NCBI RefSeq assembly: GCF_963921235.1
Contig: NC_086097.1
Coordinates: 224,070,001-224,134,000 of the forward strand
Reading direction: 5' to 3'
DNA: 64,000 nucleotides
DNA from: Mobula hypostoma
Taxonomy: Eukaryota
Numbering within the stretch: position 1 is the first letter of the stretch; each line of letters starts with the position of its first letter. This document shows, piece by piece, positions 50,343 through 62,990 of the stretch. Position numbers and translations under genes: made by a program. The notes beneath the pieces are model-generated. The model was not told the DNA's origin, did not search any database, and saw only the letters and a list, made by a program, of their open reading frames with translations.

Positions 50343-51754
50343 GTAATGTTTAAGAAGTGTGTGTGTGAGAGAGGGGGGGTTTGTAGGCTTAATTAAATCT
50401 AAACTAGAATTTTCTTAAGAAAGCATTTTTTTCCCCAACCCTTTAGCTATTCTTTTTCTTGAGCTCTTCAAATTTGGTGAAGCTGCATTTTCTTTTAAAG
50501 GGTATGAACAGTATTTCTCATTTTTCTTGTGCTCAAACAGAAAACTTCAATGTCATACTAATTATGTGGCCGTCCGATCCAAGCCCATACTGTCACATCT
50601 AGTAGCAAGTGCATTTCTCTTTCCTGTTTGTGCAATGTGTGGCCACTGCGTAATCCTGCCATAACCCTTTTGGGTTCTAGAGGTAAATCATTCTATACAG
50701 AGTGATGATTAGCTCAAGTACTTAATCTCTTGACAAGCTGAGGGAATGCAGGAGTCCTGTTTCCTGTGTGACTCAGGATATGAGAAAATCAAGATTCTCT
50801 GGAAAATAAGCTTATAATCACCACCATACATATTAATTACAGTTCCCTGCCATTAAATAAAATACTAGATCTCAAAGTTGATGCCAGAACAATGTGTACT
50901 TTGGCTTATGGTGGTGATTTGTCTTGGTTTGGCTCAGCTTCCAAAGTTTCCTAGTGTGAGAGTATTAGTAATCCTGATGCTAAAGTAGAAATGAGGAACA
51001 GCACCCTCTGGTGTAAGTAAAAAAAAAAAGTCTCTTGTGGTAGCCCTGTTGGTTTGAAAGCTGTGTGTACACGCCATGCATTTTCATCAGGGACCACATA
51101 GCATCATTCACTATTTAAAGAAAAATCTATTTAGATGTGTTTCATTGGGCGTAATTTTATGTGCTTAAATATAGTCCTGTTATTCATGAGTTAGATTATT
51201 ACAAAGCTAATTGGGGACTGTTGGATTATTGGAAGTATAGGAAGTATTGTGGGACCCGCGAACCAATAGTCCCCCACTTACATCTATATTTTTCTAAAGG
51301 AAGTATTATTACAACTGTGTAAAGCCAGGGGATAAACCTTCTGATAAATTTGTTATGTACAGAATAATCTATTGGTTAATATTTTAGCAAGGAGTAGTTT
51401 TTCTTCTTTCACTTGATGCAAGGGAGATAGGGTCCACTATGCTAGTCGTCACTATGTAATTTTGCCTGATCAGGAATAAAACATAGCTCAAGCGCAATTA
51501 TTAGTAATTTGGAATGAATAACATCTAGCAAAATAACTACAGAACTCTGACTAAATAATCTTCGTGCTGGTCAAATTATTAGGAAAGCTTCTGGTGCAAA
51601 TTAGCATGTTGAAAGATCCAAGTAATTTAAGACAGGCAACAGAGTTAGTAGATTTGTTAAGAGGAGATGATTTCTGATAAATATTTTGAGGTAACAAATG
51701 GTAACATTTTTGTTGTAATTTGTTTATACTTTTAAGTCTTTAGATGAAATATCA

Positions 51755-53110
51755 CATGATCTCAGTGGTTGGGAAGATGTTGGAGTCAATTGATGAGGTT
51801 ATGGAGTACTTGGTGACGCAGGACAAGATAGGACAAAGTCAGCACGGTTTTTCTAAAGTAAAATCTTGCCTGATGAACCTGTTGGAATTCTTTGAGGAGA
51901 TTACACAGAGGATAGATAAAGGGGATGCAATGGATGTTTTATATTTGGACTTTCAGAAAGCCTTTGACAAGGTGTCACACATGAGGCTGCTTACCAAAAG
52001 AGCCCATGGTATTACAGGAAAGTTACTAATGCGGTTAGAGCATTGGCTGATTGGTAGGAGGCAGCAAGTGGGAATAAAAGGATCCTTGTCTGGTTTGCTG
52101 CCAGTGACTAGTGGTGTTCTGCAGGGCTTGGTGTTGGGACTGCTTCTTTTTAATGTTGTATATCATTGAGTTAGATGATGGAATAGATGGCTTTGTCAAG
52201 TTTGCAGATGATATGAAGATTGCTGGAGGGGCAGATAGTGTTGAGGAAAAAGGTAGGGTTGCAGAAGGACTTAGTTAGCAGAATGGATGAGAGTGGCAAA
52301 TGAAATACAGTGTTGGAAAATGCATGGTCATGCACTTGGTAGTAGAAATAAATGTGCAGACTATCTTCTAAATGGGGAGAAAATCCAAAAATCTGAGATG
52401 CAAAGGGACTTGGGAGTCCTTGTGCAGAACACCCTAAAGGTTAACTTGCAGGTAGAGTTGGTGGTCAGGAAGGCAAGTGCAATGTTAGCATTAGTTTCAA
52501 GAGGGCTTGAATACAAGAACAGTGATGTGATGCTGAGGCTTTATGAGGCACTGGTGAGGCCTCACCTTTAGTATTGTGAACAGTTTTGGGTTCCTTATCT
52601 TAGAAAATATGTGCTGGCATTGGAGAGGGTCCAAGGAGGTTCACTAGGATGATTCCAAGAACAAAAAGGTTATCATATGAGGAGCGTTTGGTCTGGGTCT
52701 GTACTCTCTGGAATTTAGAAGGATGAGGAGGGGGTATCTCATTGAAATCTTTTGAATGTTGAAAGGCCTAGACAGAGTAGATGTGGAAAGGATGTTTCCC
52801 ATGGTGGGGGAGTCTAGGACAAGAGGGCACAGCCTCAGGATAGAGGAGCATCCATTTAAAATAGAGATGCGGAGAAATTTCTTTAGCCATAGGATGGTGA
52901 ATTTGTGGAATTTATTACCACAGGCAGCTGTGGAGGCCAGGTGGTTGAGTGTATTTAAGGCAGAGCTTGATAGGTTCTTGATTGGACATGGCATCAAAGG
53001 TTATGGGGAGAAGGCCAGAAACTGGGGTTGAGGAGGAAAAAAAGGATCATCCATGATTGGATGGCAGAGTAGACTCAGTGGGCCAGATTCTTCTCCTATG
53101 TCTTATATCT
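51755..53110 (+). mobile_element. CR1 RT and 3' end
   Basis: QHGF..KSCL.NLLEFF, YLDFQKAFDKV and RLYEALVRPHL. Confidence 0.9.
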
Positions 53111-53864
53111 TTATCTGTAAAGTAGCTGTGGAAATGATCAAGTTGAATGAGCTCACTGGGAGGAAGTAAGTGCAATACTCAATGAGAATTTCAGTGATTA
53201 TAGGGCTATATATAATGTTCATTTCTAGGTCCCTTGCTTTAAATGAAATATTAATAACTTGACTGTAAAGATGTTGCTTGCATTTTGATAATCATAAAAC
53301 TTAGTGTGGTGGATAGTGAAGCAGAAAGTTCTGGGCTGTAGTAAGATGCCAATGGATTGATTAGGTGGAATGGAGAGTTGCAATGAAGAACAAGTAAGGT
53401 GAAAAATAACTCATCAAATGTAGAATACTAAGGTGTATAGAGAACCGGGATTTTGGCTTGGATGTCCCTAGGTGTTATTTGGCAAATAAATAAGATGGCT
53501 TCAGAGATGTATGGGATTTTTGACTTTAATAGGATAGGTATAGTACATAAAAGCAGGAAGCTCATATTAAGATTGTCTAAACTCTAACCTCTGGCCATCA
53601 TAACAGAAGCGTGTGATAGAGAGGGTGCTGAGGTGTATTACGAAGATGTTGTCAGAATTGCAAAATTATAAGAGTGCCGAGATTGGAGTTTTCTTTGCCC
53701 CAAAGAAGTGAGATTTAGCGGAGTATAAAAAATTCTAAGACGACAAGGCAAGTTGTGAGGACCTACTTGGTTTAGCAGAGAGAAATTAGGAGAAGGGATT
53801 GTCCTATGAGGCAAGATGAAGCAGTCTGGACCAGTATTCTACAGAGTTTACCAAATGAGTAGTC

Positions 53865-54703
53865 TGTGTACATACATCTATTGATGCTTCTGGACACATC
53901 TTCAGTGATGTTCCTGGAATCATCGGGTGTTTCAGGTCTTTCAACATCATACAACCTCCTCCAGGTGACCCAGCCGGGGCTGATCAGACCCCAGCTTGTG
54001 TCCAGATGGCTAGCTTCTTATGACTCCATGGCTCCCCTCTTTTGAGCCACAGCCATCTTGAGGCCCTCTCTGCCGCATCGGTGGTACTGCGGATGGCTCT
54101 CCTCTTCTTCTCTCCCTTGATGCCCAAAATTTTGAAGGCTCTAACTAAAGAACGGGCTATGAATCCCCTATAACCAACCTCCACTGGGAGACACCTTGCT
54201 CTCCATCCAGCCTGCTGACAGTTGCTGACCAGTCCTGCGTACTTGGAGAGCTTCCTTTCAAAGGCCTCCTCCAAGCTATCTTCCTATGGGACTGTCAGCT
54301 CCAGCAGCACCACTTGCTTAGTAGACTCAGACACTAGGACAATGTCTGGTCGCAGGGTGGTGGCTGCGATATGGTTGGGGAACTTCAGCTGCCCTTCGAG
54401 GTCCACCAACAGCTGCCAGTCCCTTGCAGAGGTCAGAATGCCTGCAGATGTTCTTTTGGCAGGTATTGGCTGCTCCCCAGCTCTGACAAAGGCAATGGTC
54501 TGCTTGGAGGGTCGAGACCACTTCGCCCACTCAACTCCTGCACTGACGGCTTCAGTGATGGTCTTCAGGACCTGATCATGCCTCCACCTGTACCGTCCCT
54601 CACCAAGTGCCCTTGCACAGCCGCTGAGGATGTGCTCCAGGGTTCCTCGCTTGGAGCACAGTGGGCATGCAGATGACTCTGCCTTGCCCCATGTGTGCAG
54701 GTT
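53865..54703 (-). mobile_element. HERO-clade non-LTR retrotransposon 3' fragment (CCHC finger + restriction-like endonuclease)
   Basis: One minus-strand frame: NLHTWG..CPLCSKRGTLEHILSGC..GRYRWRHDQVL..LRPDIVLVS..LLELTVP*EDSLEEAFERKLSKY..PVEVGYRGF..AERASRWLW. A single stop at 54284-54286. Confidence 0.88.
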
Positions 54704-55107
54704 AAAATGTGCAAGATTCTTACAGTGCTTGGCTCGGTAAGTGCAGAAATAACACTTTCCCTGCTGAAGGTTGTAGAGTCAGTGTTTACATTATTAAAAT
54801 TAAGGGAATTGTTCTTTCATGATTTACAGAATTATCTTTATTCAGAATTGTGGATGTTTAGAGTTCTGTTCTAAAGGACAGGAAGCACTCAGATCAATAC
54901 AATTTTGAATATTAAGGGAATCAAGCAAGATGGAATGAATTGAGGAGAGTAGAGCTGAGGTAAAAGTTTAGTTTTTACCTAATTGAATAGTGGTGCAGAT
55001 TTGAGAGACCAGTGGCGTACACCAATTGTTATTTGTTATGTTCAGTAACTAAGGAATATAAGTTGGCTAGTGGAAGAAATAAAGGGACATTGAAGGAAAT
55101 CGCTGTG

Positions 55108-55217
55108 TTCAGATGAAGGGACTTGACTTGAAATGTCAACCGACCATTTCCCTCTGAGAATGCTGCCTGACTTGCTTAGTTCCTGTTCCTTGCATCATAT
55201 TCCAGCATCTGCAGTCT
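55108..55217 (+). mobile_element. Penelope-like end, decayed hammerhead
   Basis: CAGATGAAGGG..GAAATGTC plus the family tail. Confidence 0.6.
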
Positions 55218-55497
55218 TTATACTTTATACTTTATCGTCGCCAAACAATTGGTACTAGAACGTACAATCATCACAGCGATATTTGATTCTGCGCTTCACA
55301 CTCCCTGGATTACAAATGTTAAATATTAAAAATATTAAAAAATAGTTAAAATTAGTAAATATTAAAAATTTAAATTATAAATCATAGATAAATAGAAAAA
55401 TGGGAAGTAAGGTAGTGCAAAAAAAACCGAGAGGCAGGTCCGGATATTTGGAGGGTACGGCCCAGATCCGGGTCAGGATCCGCTCAGCAGTCTTATC
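55218..55497 (-). mobile_element. Rex1/Babar-like LINE 3' UTR/tail (young)
   Basis: (TTTATAC)n tail; CpGs retained. Confidence 0.6.
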
Positions 55498-55889
55498 TGG
55501 AATTCACTGCCTGAAGGGACTATAAAGCAGAAATTATTAAACTAAAATTATTATCTGAGTGAGCATTTGAGTCATAATCTACAAGACTGGGGGATGGGAA
55601 TAATACAAGTTGCTCAATTGCACTTGATGGATTGAATGGATGCTTCCTGTGCCGTTGGTGTCATGACAAGGCTTTGGATTGGGCCTCTTGCCTTTATTTG
55701 CCTTGTGCTGTGAAATGTATTTAAAGTCAGAATATTGAGAAATTTAACTATGAAGCCATTTGGGGTCCATCACACACTGAGAGATTATATCTTTTTGCAT
55801 TGGCCACAACTTCTGCACAAATTTCAGGCGCTTTGATTACTAATGCTTCCACTTTGAAAAAAGAACACATTTCTAATTTTTTTCCCTTT

Positions 55890-56225
55890 TGGTTCTTCAC
55901 CTCTTTCCCTTTATTCCACCGTCTATCAGATTCCTATCAGATTCTTCTTCCTTCATCCCTTTACCTCTAACCTATCACTTCCAAGCTTCTCACATCGTTT
56001 CCTTACATCCCCCTCCACTACCCGCCTGTCTTCCACCTCTCTCCTGGACTCACCTACTACCTGCCAGCATGCACTCCTCCCCCAACGCCTTCCATTTTTA
56101 TTCTGGTTTCTGCCCTCTTGCTTTCCAGTCCCGATAAAAGGTCTCAGCCTGAAATATTGACTGTTCATTTCCCTTCGTAGATGTTGCCTGACATGCTGAG
56201 TTTCCCTCAGCATTTTGCATATTGT
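55890..56225 (+). mobile_element. Penelope-like 3' region, decayed hammerhead
   Basis: CAGTC-CCGATAA-AAGGTCTCAGCCT-GAAA-TATT-GACTG; stem I intact, core mutated. Confidence 0.7.
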
Positions 56226-56553
56226 AATTATTTTTCTTCAAGCTGAGTACATGTATTAAGTGTCTTTTAGTATGTGTTTCTAGCATATTATTCATTTCAC
56301 ATTTTTAGTTAAAATTTGATATTTTTGCATTTCATATTTTAAGTTAACAATTCTTAGATTCAGTGTATTAATTTTGAACAAATGTGCACATTTTTCTTTT
56401 TGTTTACAGTTATTCCTTTGTTACATCAAATAATACTGATTTTCAACTATTATAGACTGTGTAGCTAGCAGTCACCACAGCTGGAATGTTTCGGTTCTTG
56501 AGGTAACTTGTGTACTCATTCTGATTCAGTGAATTATGTGATTCAGCTTAGAG

Positions 56554-57231
56554 CAGGGGTTCTTTACCTGAGGTCCATGAACCTCTTTGGGGGGTCCACG
56601 GATAGATTCCAGAGTGTCTGTGAATTTGGATGGGAAAAAATTTACGTAATTATTTTTATTAACTTTTAACTGTAATTTAGCATTTCCTTCAATTATGAAT
56701 GTAGGTAACAAACCACAGTAGTATTACCAGTACCGATAGAAATCATAGATATTTTCATATTGCATTACATTTGTTAAAAATTTCAGAACATATTGTATAT
56801 GGAAAAATATTGTCACTTCTTCAAAATTGATAGTTATTAGACCTGCCACTAGATCAAACGTGATTGCAGTCTTCCTGTCTGCTTCATGCAACGTAGCTGG
56901 CCGACTAACGGACAGCTCTGTGATTGGATGTCCAACATAACAAGCATTTTGCTTTGTCAAAGACCACCCCACGGTTTAATGTTCTTATTCAAGCTAAGCA
57001 ACAAAAGCCTTCACACTGATGTCTTATAAAATGAGTTTAACTTGTTTATATTTTAAGTGCATAGTTTTATTATTTAATGGGTTAATGAAGAAGCACATAC
57101 ATTACTATCACAATTTTATTTTTAATGTCTTGAGTGTGTGTCATTTTGTATTTTATATATTTAAATATATTATTCTGAGAAGGGTTCACAGGACTGTCAT
57201 ACGGGTCCCTGGCATAAAAAAGGTTAAGAAC
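56554..57231. mobile_element. Non-autonomous hAT-Charlie-type transposon
   Basis: Left TIR CAGGGGTTCTTTACCT; right TIR AGGTTAAGAAC lacking the terminal CCCTG; CTTAGAG on both flanks. Confidence 0.75.
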
Positions 57232-57570
57232 TTAGAGGATATTTGGTATAATATGCATTCCTTATATTTTATTCAAAGAAATTTTAATTTGCAGTCTCAT
57301 TAGGATATTACATAGCAAAATAAAAGTGACTCATTGGTATTGAAATAAATTTCATGCTTATTTATTGGGTTTTCAATTCTTTGAGAGTCAGAAAATTAAA
57401 AAAAAAGCTGTTGCATGAACTATGTTTTAAGTCTCATGTCATGTTTGGTGAGAGAGACCCTTGTGAAAAGAAATACATAATCTTTTAAAAGAAATTACCT
57501 GTAAATGAATAACATTATTCATATCACATTGATTCCTGTGTTAAGAAATTTTATTTATTTGTACCTTCAG

Positions 57571-57744
57571 CAAACATCCCTAAATTGATGCCAGAAGAAG
57601 GAAGTTTGTTCTTCCCAAGAGTACAACATTATAGAGAATTGTTAGATTCTCTTCCTGTGGATGCCTACACACATGGCTGTATTCTTCACCCAGAATTAAC
57701 TCTGGATTCCATGCTTCCTGCATATGCAACCACGAGAATTCGCA
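57571..57744 (+). CDS. GDAP1: GDAP1 coding exon 3 (174 nt)
   Basis: CCTTCAG acceptor ending at 57570. Translates (A)NIPKLMPEEGSLFFPRVQHYRELLDSLPVDAYTHGCILHPELTLDSMLPAYATTRIR(S), matching human PRVQHYRELLDSLPMDAYTHGCILHPEL. GTAAGT donor at 57745; phase 1/1, compatible with exon 2. Confidence 0.97.
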
Positions 57745-58589
57745 GTAAGTAGAATCTAGCAATATAGTAGTTCGCCTGATACCCTTTTGAATCCAGTTGA
57801 TGGATAACTTAAAAAATAATTGAGGATTTTTTCATGGTTTGAATTCAGATCGTATTGGTAATTCCAATAGTTCATTGCTCAAATCTAAAATAATTTGAAA
57901 GAAGCCAAATACTTGAACAATATTTTAAATGAAGAGTGATAATTATCCTTGCATAGCTGAAGGTGGCATACGAGAGTTGTATATTTTAAAATGTGACTGC
58001 AGTTTTGGTGTAATTGAAGCTATACATGTATTTTACAATGTAAGGCTAAGGGGTGTATAACTGATGCATTTTAATCTCTTAGTTGCGATCAATATCAAGG
58101 AGTTGAGGAGTTTGAGCTAATGTAGAGCCAGGTGCACCACTGTGGCAACGAGAATTTAGTGTTACATTATCCTATTGATGGTTTATTATCCCTCTGGATA
58201 TAGCTCGAGTGGTAAGTAGTTAGATTTGTACCAAAACTTGAAAAGGGTGGGGGGGGAACAAATTGTTTGAGCAGCTCATGTGTACCACAGATCTCCTATA
58301 GAGGGCAGCATTGTGAAATTGATGACTGCAACATTACAGCTCAAGCTCACAAGATCTGAATTCAATTTGAATTGAATTGACTTTACTTACATCCTTAATG
58401 TACCTGTGGAGTAAAAATCGTAAACCTCTTAGCCTTGCATTGTAAAATACACATATAGCTCTTTCTAAATGTGTAATGTGCAATTTATAGTAATTTATAA
58501 TAAATAGTATGTACAACAGGACAGTCAATATAACATAGAAATACAATTGTATCAGCAGTTGAGGCTTCCTCACTAAATATATATAAGAA

Positions 58590-59680
58590 ACAAATGTTCT
58601 TCAAAGAAAAATGGTAAGACCCTTGGCAGTGTGGAGGATCAGAGGGATCTTGGGTTCCGGGTCCGTAGGACACTCAAAGCAGCTGTGCAGGTTGACTCTG
58701 TGGTTAAGAAGGCAAACGTTGTATTCGCCTTCATCAATTGTGGAATTGAATTTAGGAGCAGAGGGGTAACTTTGCAGCTATGCAGGACCCTGGTCAGACC
58801 CCACTTGGAGTACTGTGCTCAGTTCTGGTCGCCTCACTACAGGAAGGATGTGGAAACGATAAAGGGTGCAGAAGAGAATTACAAGGATGTTGCCTGGTTT
58901 GGGGAGCGTGCCTTATGAAAACAGGTTGAGTGAACTCGGCCTTTTCTCCTTGAAGCGACGGAGGATGAGAGGTGACCTGATAGAGGTGTATAAGATGATG
59001 AGAGGCATTGATCGTGTGGCTAGTCAGAGGCTTTTTCCCAGGGCTGAAATGGGTGCCACAAGAGGGCACAGGTTTAAGGTACTTTCGAGTAGGTCCAGAG
59101 GAGATGTCAGGGATAAGTTTTTTACTCAGTGGTGAGTGCATGGAATGGGCTGCCGGCAATGGTGGTGGAGGCAGATACGATAGCGTCTTTTAAGAGACTT
59201 TTGGATAGGTACCTGTAGTTTCTATGGTTCTAATTCCTTATGTTTGCCTCATGAAAATGATTCTGGTATTGAAAGGCTTATCATATGAAGAGTGTTTAAT
59301 AGCTCTGGGCCTGTACTCACTGCAATTCAGAAGAATGAGGGGTGACCTCACTGGAACCTATTGAATGTTGAAAGGCCTTGACAAAATGGAGAGGATGTTT
59401 CCTATGGTGGGAGAGTTTAGGACCAGAGGACACAACCTCAGAATAGAGGGACATTCTCAGAATAGAAACGGAGATGAGTAATTTCTTTAGCCAGAGGGTG
59501 GTGAATCTGTGGAATTTGTTGCTACAGGCAGCTGTGGAGGCCAAGTCATTGGGTATGTTTAAGGCAGATGTTGATAGATTCTTGGTTAGTCGGCATGAAG
59601 GGATGCGGGGAGAAAGCAGGGTATTGGGGCTGGGGGATAAACGATTAGTCATGATGAAATTGTGCAGCAGACTCGACGGG
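58590..59680 (+). mobile_element. Two tandem CR1 3' fragments
   Basis: LVRPHLEYCAQFWSP, RGDLIEVYKMMRG and FFSQRVVNLWN. Confidence 0.85.
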
Positions 59681-60152
59681 CAATTAGAGATATGTCGGTG
59701 TGATGCCGTGGGCATCACTGAATGATGCCTGAAAGAAGGCCATAGTTGGGAGTTTGACATCAAAGGATGTACTTTGTATCGAAAGGACAGGCAGGAAGGC
59801 ATAGGTAGTGGTGTGGCTCTGTTGGTGAGAGATGGAATTACATCTTTAGAAAGAGGTGACATAATGTCAGAGAAGGTTGAATCTTTGTGAGTGGAGTTAA
59901 GAAACTGCAAGGGTAAAAAAAACCATTATGCGAATCATATTTTGATTTTCAAGTAGTAGCCAAGATGTGGGGTTGAAATTGCAAAGGGAGCTGGAAAAGG
60001 CATTTAATAAGGGTAATGGGGAACTTCAATATGCAAGTGAATTGGAAAAATCATTTTGGTGTTGGATTGCAAGAGAGGGAATTTGTTGATTGCCTACCAG
60101 ATGGCTTTTTAGAGCAGCTTGAGCTTACTCAGGGAAAGGCTATCTTAGATTG

Positions 60153-60729
60153 AATTGAATTGAGTGATCTTTATTATCATTATACAGAGGTACAATGAAA
60201 CTGTTTGGCTTCCTCTCAGGCAATTAAATAAAGTGGTAGATAAAAACAAGACAGTAATAGAAAAATGGTATTAAGTAAATAAGCAGCAGAAAATAAGTTG
60301 CAGCAGCACCAGAGTATCACAGTAATGCACAAAGTGCCGTTAGTGCAAGTATTTGAATCCTTGTGTGTGCTCACAGTTTCAGTCATTGTTCTGTGGGAGT
60401 GGTGTGATGGGGGCCACAGCTCTGGGATAGGAGCTGTTCCTCAGTCTATTTGTTCTGGCTTTTAGTGTCCTGAACCTTTTGCTGGACGGCAACGAGTCAA
60501 ACAGGGATATGTGGTGTCTCTGGTTATGCTGATTGCTTGCCTCCTGAGTCTGCTGGAATAGATGGTGTCCAGTCCTGGGAGCTCCATCCTGACAATTCAC
60601 TGGGCTGCCTTCACCATGTGATGTAGGTCTTGTCGCTCAGCGGCTGTGCAGCTGGCATACCACACCGTGGCACTGTTGGTCAGAATGGTTTCAATTGTGC
60701 TTCTGTAGAAGTTGAGCAGCAGCTTTTGT
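60153..60729 (-). mobile_element. Rex1/Babar-like LINE 3' end
   Basis: LLNFYRSTIETILT, SLPSSKRFR and RLRNSSYPRAV; TSD-like GATTG at 60148 and 60730. Confidence 0.85.
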
Positions 60730-61156
60730 GATTGGGTGTTGTGTAATAATCCGGATTTTATTAGGGAGCTTAATGTAAGAGGACACTTAGGAGGTATTGT
60801 TTATAATATGATTGAATTCATACTGCAATTTGAGAGGGAGAAGCATGTGTATCAGTATTGCAGTGGATTAAAGGGAATTACAGAGGCTCGAGAGAGGAGC
60901 TTGCCCAAGTAGATTGGAGGAGGATACTGGCAGGGGTGACAGCAGAGCAGAGATGGCTGAAGTTTCTGGGAATAGTTAACAAGGTGCAGGATAGATACGT
61001 CCCACAGAAGTAGTTCTCAAATGGCAGGGATTACAAGGGAAGTTAAGGACTACATAAAAGCCAAGGAAAGGGCATAGAAAGTAGCAAAAGTGAGTGTGAA
61101 ATTGGATGATTGGGAAGCTTTTAATATCCAACAAAGGGCAACTAAAAAAAACTATA

Positions 61157-61566
61157 AGATTATTGGCACCCAATTGCCCACCATTGAGAACATCTACCAT
61201 AAATGCTGCCTGGGCAGGGCGAAAAGCATTATCAGGGATGCATCTCACCCTAACCATGGACTTTTTACTCTCCTCCCATCCGGTAGGCGCTACAGGAGCC
61301 TCCGCTCCCACACCAGCAGGCTCAGGAAGAGCTTCTTCCCTGAGGTTGTGACCCTGCTGAACCTCACATCACAGCGCTAAGCAGTATTGCACCCATATTG
61401 TATTGTCTCAGTACTTCTAATTTGTGTGCTGTCGCACTTTTTATTCGCAGTTATTTTATAAATGACACTATTCTTTGGATCTCTGGTCAGATGCTAACTG
61501 CATTTCATTGGCTTTGTATCTGTACTCGGCACAATGACAAGAAAGTTGAATCTAATCTAATCTAAT
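61157..61566 (+). mobile_element. Rex1/Babar-like LINE 3' end
   Basis: IIGTQLP..RDASHP..LLPSGRRYRS..KSFFP; (AATCT)n tail. Confidence 0.88.
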
Positions 61567-61657
61567 TAATGGGTACTTTGCATCTGTCTTCACTGTGGAA
61601 GACACTATCTTGTGCCAGAGGTCTGTGAGTGACAAGGAGGAGGAGTGAATGCCATTG

Positions 61658-62990
61658 AACATAAGAACAAGGAGCAGGAGTACGCCATCCAGCCCATGGA
61701 GCCTGTTTCACCAATCAATAAGATCATGGCTGATCTGACCATGGACTCATCTCCACCTGCCTGCCTTTCCCCCATAAATTCTTAATTCCCCTACTATGCA
61801 AAAATCTATCCAACCTTGTCTTAAATATATTTACTGAGCTAGCCTCCACTACACTGGGCAGAGAATTCTACAGATTCATCACTCTTTGAGAAAAGCAGTT
61901 CCTCCTCATCTCTGTCATAAATCTATTCCCCCGAATCTTGAGGCTATGTTTCCTAGTTCTAGTCTCACCTACTAGTGGAAACTGATTTCCTGCCTCTATC
62001 TTATCTGTTCCTTTCATAATTTTATCTGTTTCTATATGATCTCATCTCATTCTGAAATCCAGTGAGTTCAGTCCCAGGTGACTCAATCTCTCCTCATAGT
62101 CTAAACCCCACCCCCCCAATCTATGGAATTAACTTCATGAACTTCCTCTGCACCGCCTCCAAAGCCAGTATATCCTTCTTCACATAAGGAGACCAGAACT
62201 GCATGCAGTACTCCAAGTGCAGCCTAACTAGTACCTTGTATGGTTGCAGCGTAACCTCCCTCCTCTTAAATTCAATCCCTCCAGCAATGAACTGTGACAT
62301 TCCATGGGCTTTCTTGATAGCCTGCTGCACTGCACCTGCAAACAAACCTTTTGCAATTCATGTACAAACACTTTCAAGTCTCTGCATAGCAGCATGCTGC
62401 ATTTTTTTTACCATTTAAATAATAATCTGCTCTTCCATTTTTCCTTCCAAAGTAGATGACCTTGCATTTACCAACATAGTACTCCATCGGCCAGATTCTT
62501 GGCCACTCAATTAACCTATCTGTATCTCTCTGCAAACTCTCCGTATCTTCTGCACAATTTGCTTTTCCACTCAATTTCGTGTCATCAGCAAACTTGAATG
62601 GACTACACCCAATCCCCTCTTCTAGATCGTTAATGTATGCCGTGAACAGTTGTGGACCCTGAGGCACACCACACCCCACTGATCGCCAACCAGAGAAACA
62701 CCCATGTCTCCCAACTCTCTGCTTCCTATTGGTTAACCAATCCTCGATCCATGCTAGCACATCATCCCCAACTCTCCCACCAAAGGAAACATCCTTTCCA
62801 CATCCACTCTGTTAAGGCCTTTCACCTTTCAATAGACTTCAAAGAGGTTACTCCTCATTCTTCTGAATTCCAGTAAATACAAGCCCAGAGCCATCAAACA
62901 CTCTTCATGAGAAACCATTCAATCCTTGGAATCATGTTTTGAACCTCCTTTGAACCCTTTCCAGTTTCAGCATATCCTTTCTAAGATAGA
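61658..62990 (-). mobile_element. CR1 RT/3' fragments (two pieces, junction near 62770)
   Basis: WLTNRKQRV, GVPQG, KFADD and YKVLVRLHLEYC; same subfamily as 17050-19880. Confidence 0.88.

Larger units (their letters stand above)
59681..61657 (+). mobile_element. CR1 EN/linker fragment with two Rex-like inserts
   Basis: DAVGITE, YRKDR..GSGVAL; the host resumes after each insert. Confidence 0.8.

Noticed and set aside
50156..50353. ORF-track 65-aa stand-alone protein
   Set aside because: It is GDAP1 exon 2 read from a TTG and past the splice donor.
34788..57744. GDAP1L1 instead of GDAP1
   Set aside because: LPLSEHNEPWFMRLN, GENIICE, RVQHYRELLDSLP and PAYATTRIR match GDAP1 as I recall it, rather than the paralog; a phylogeny would confirm.
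57580..57762. Minus-strand 60-aa ORF
   Set aside because: Antisense shadow of GDAP1 exon 3.
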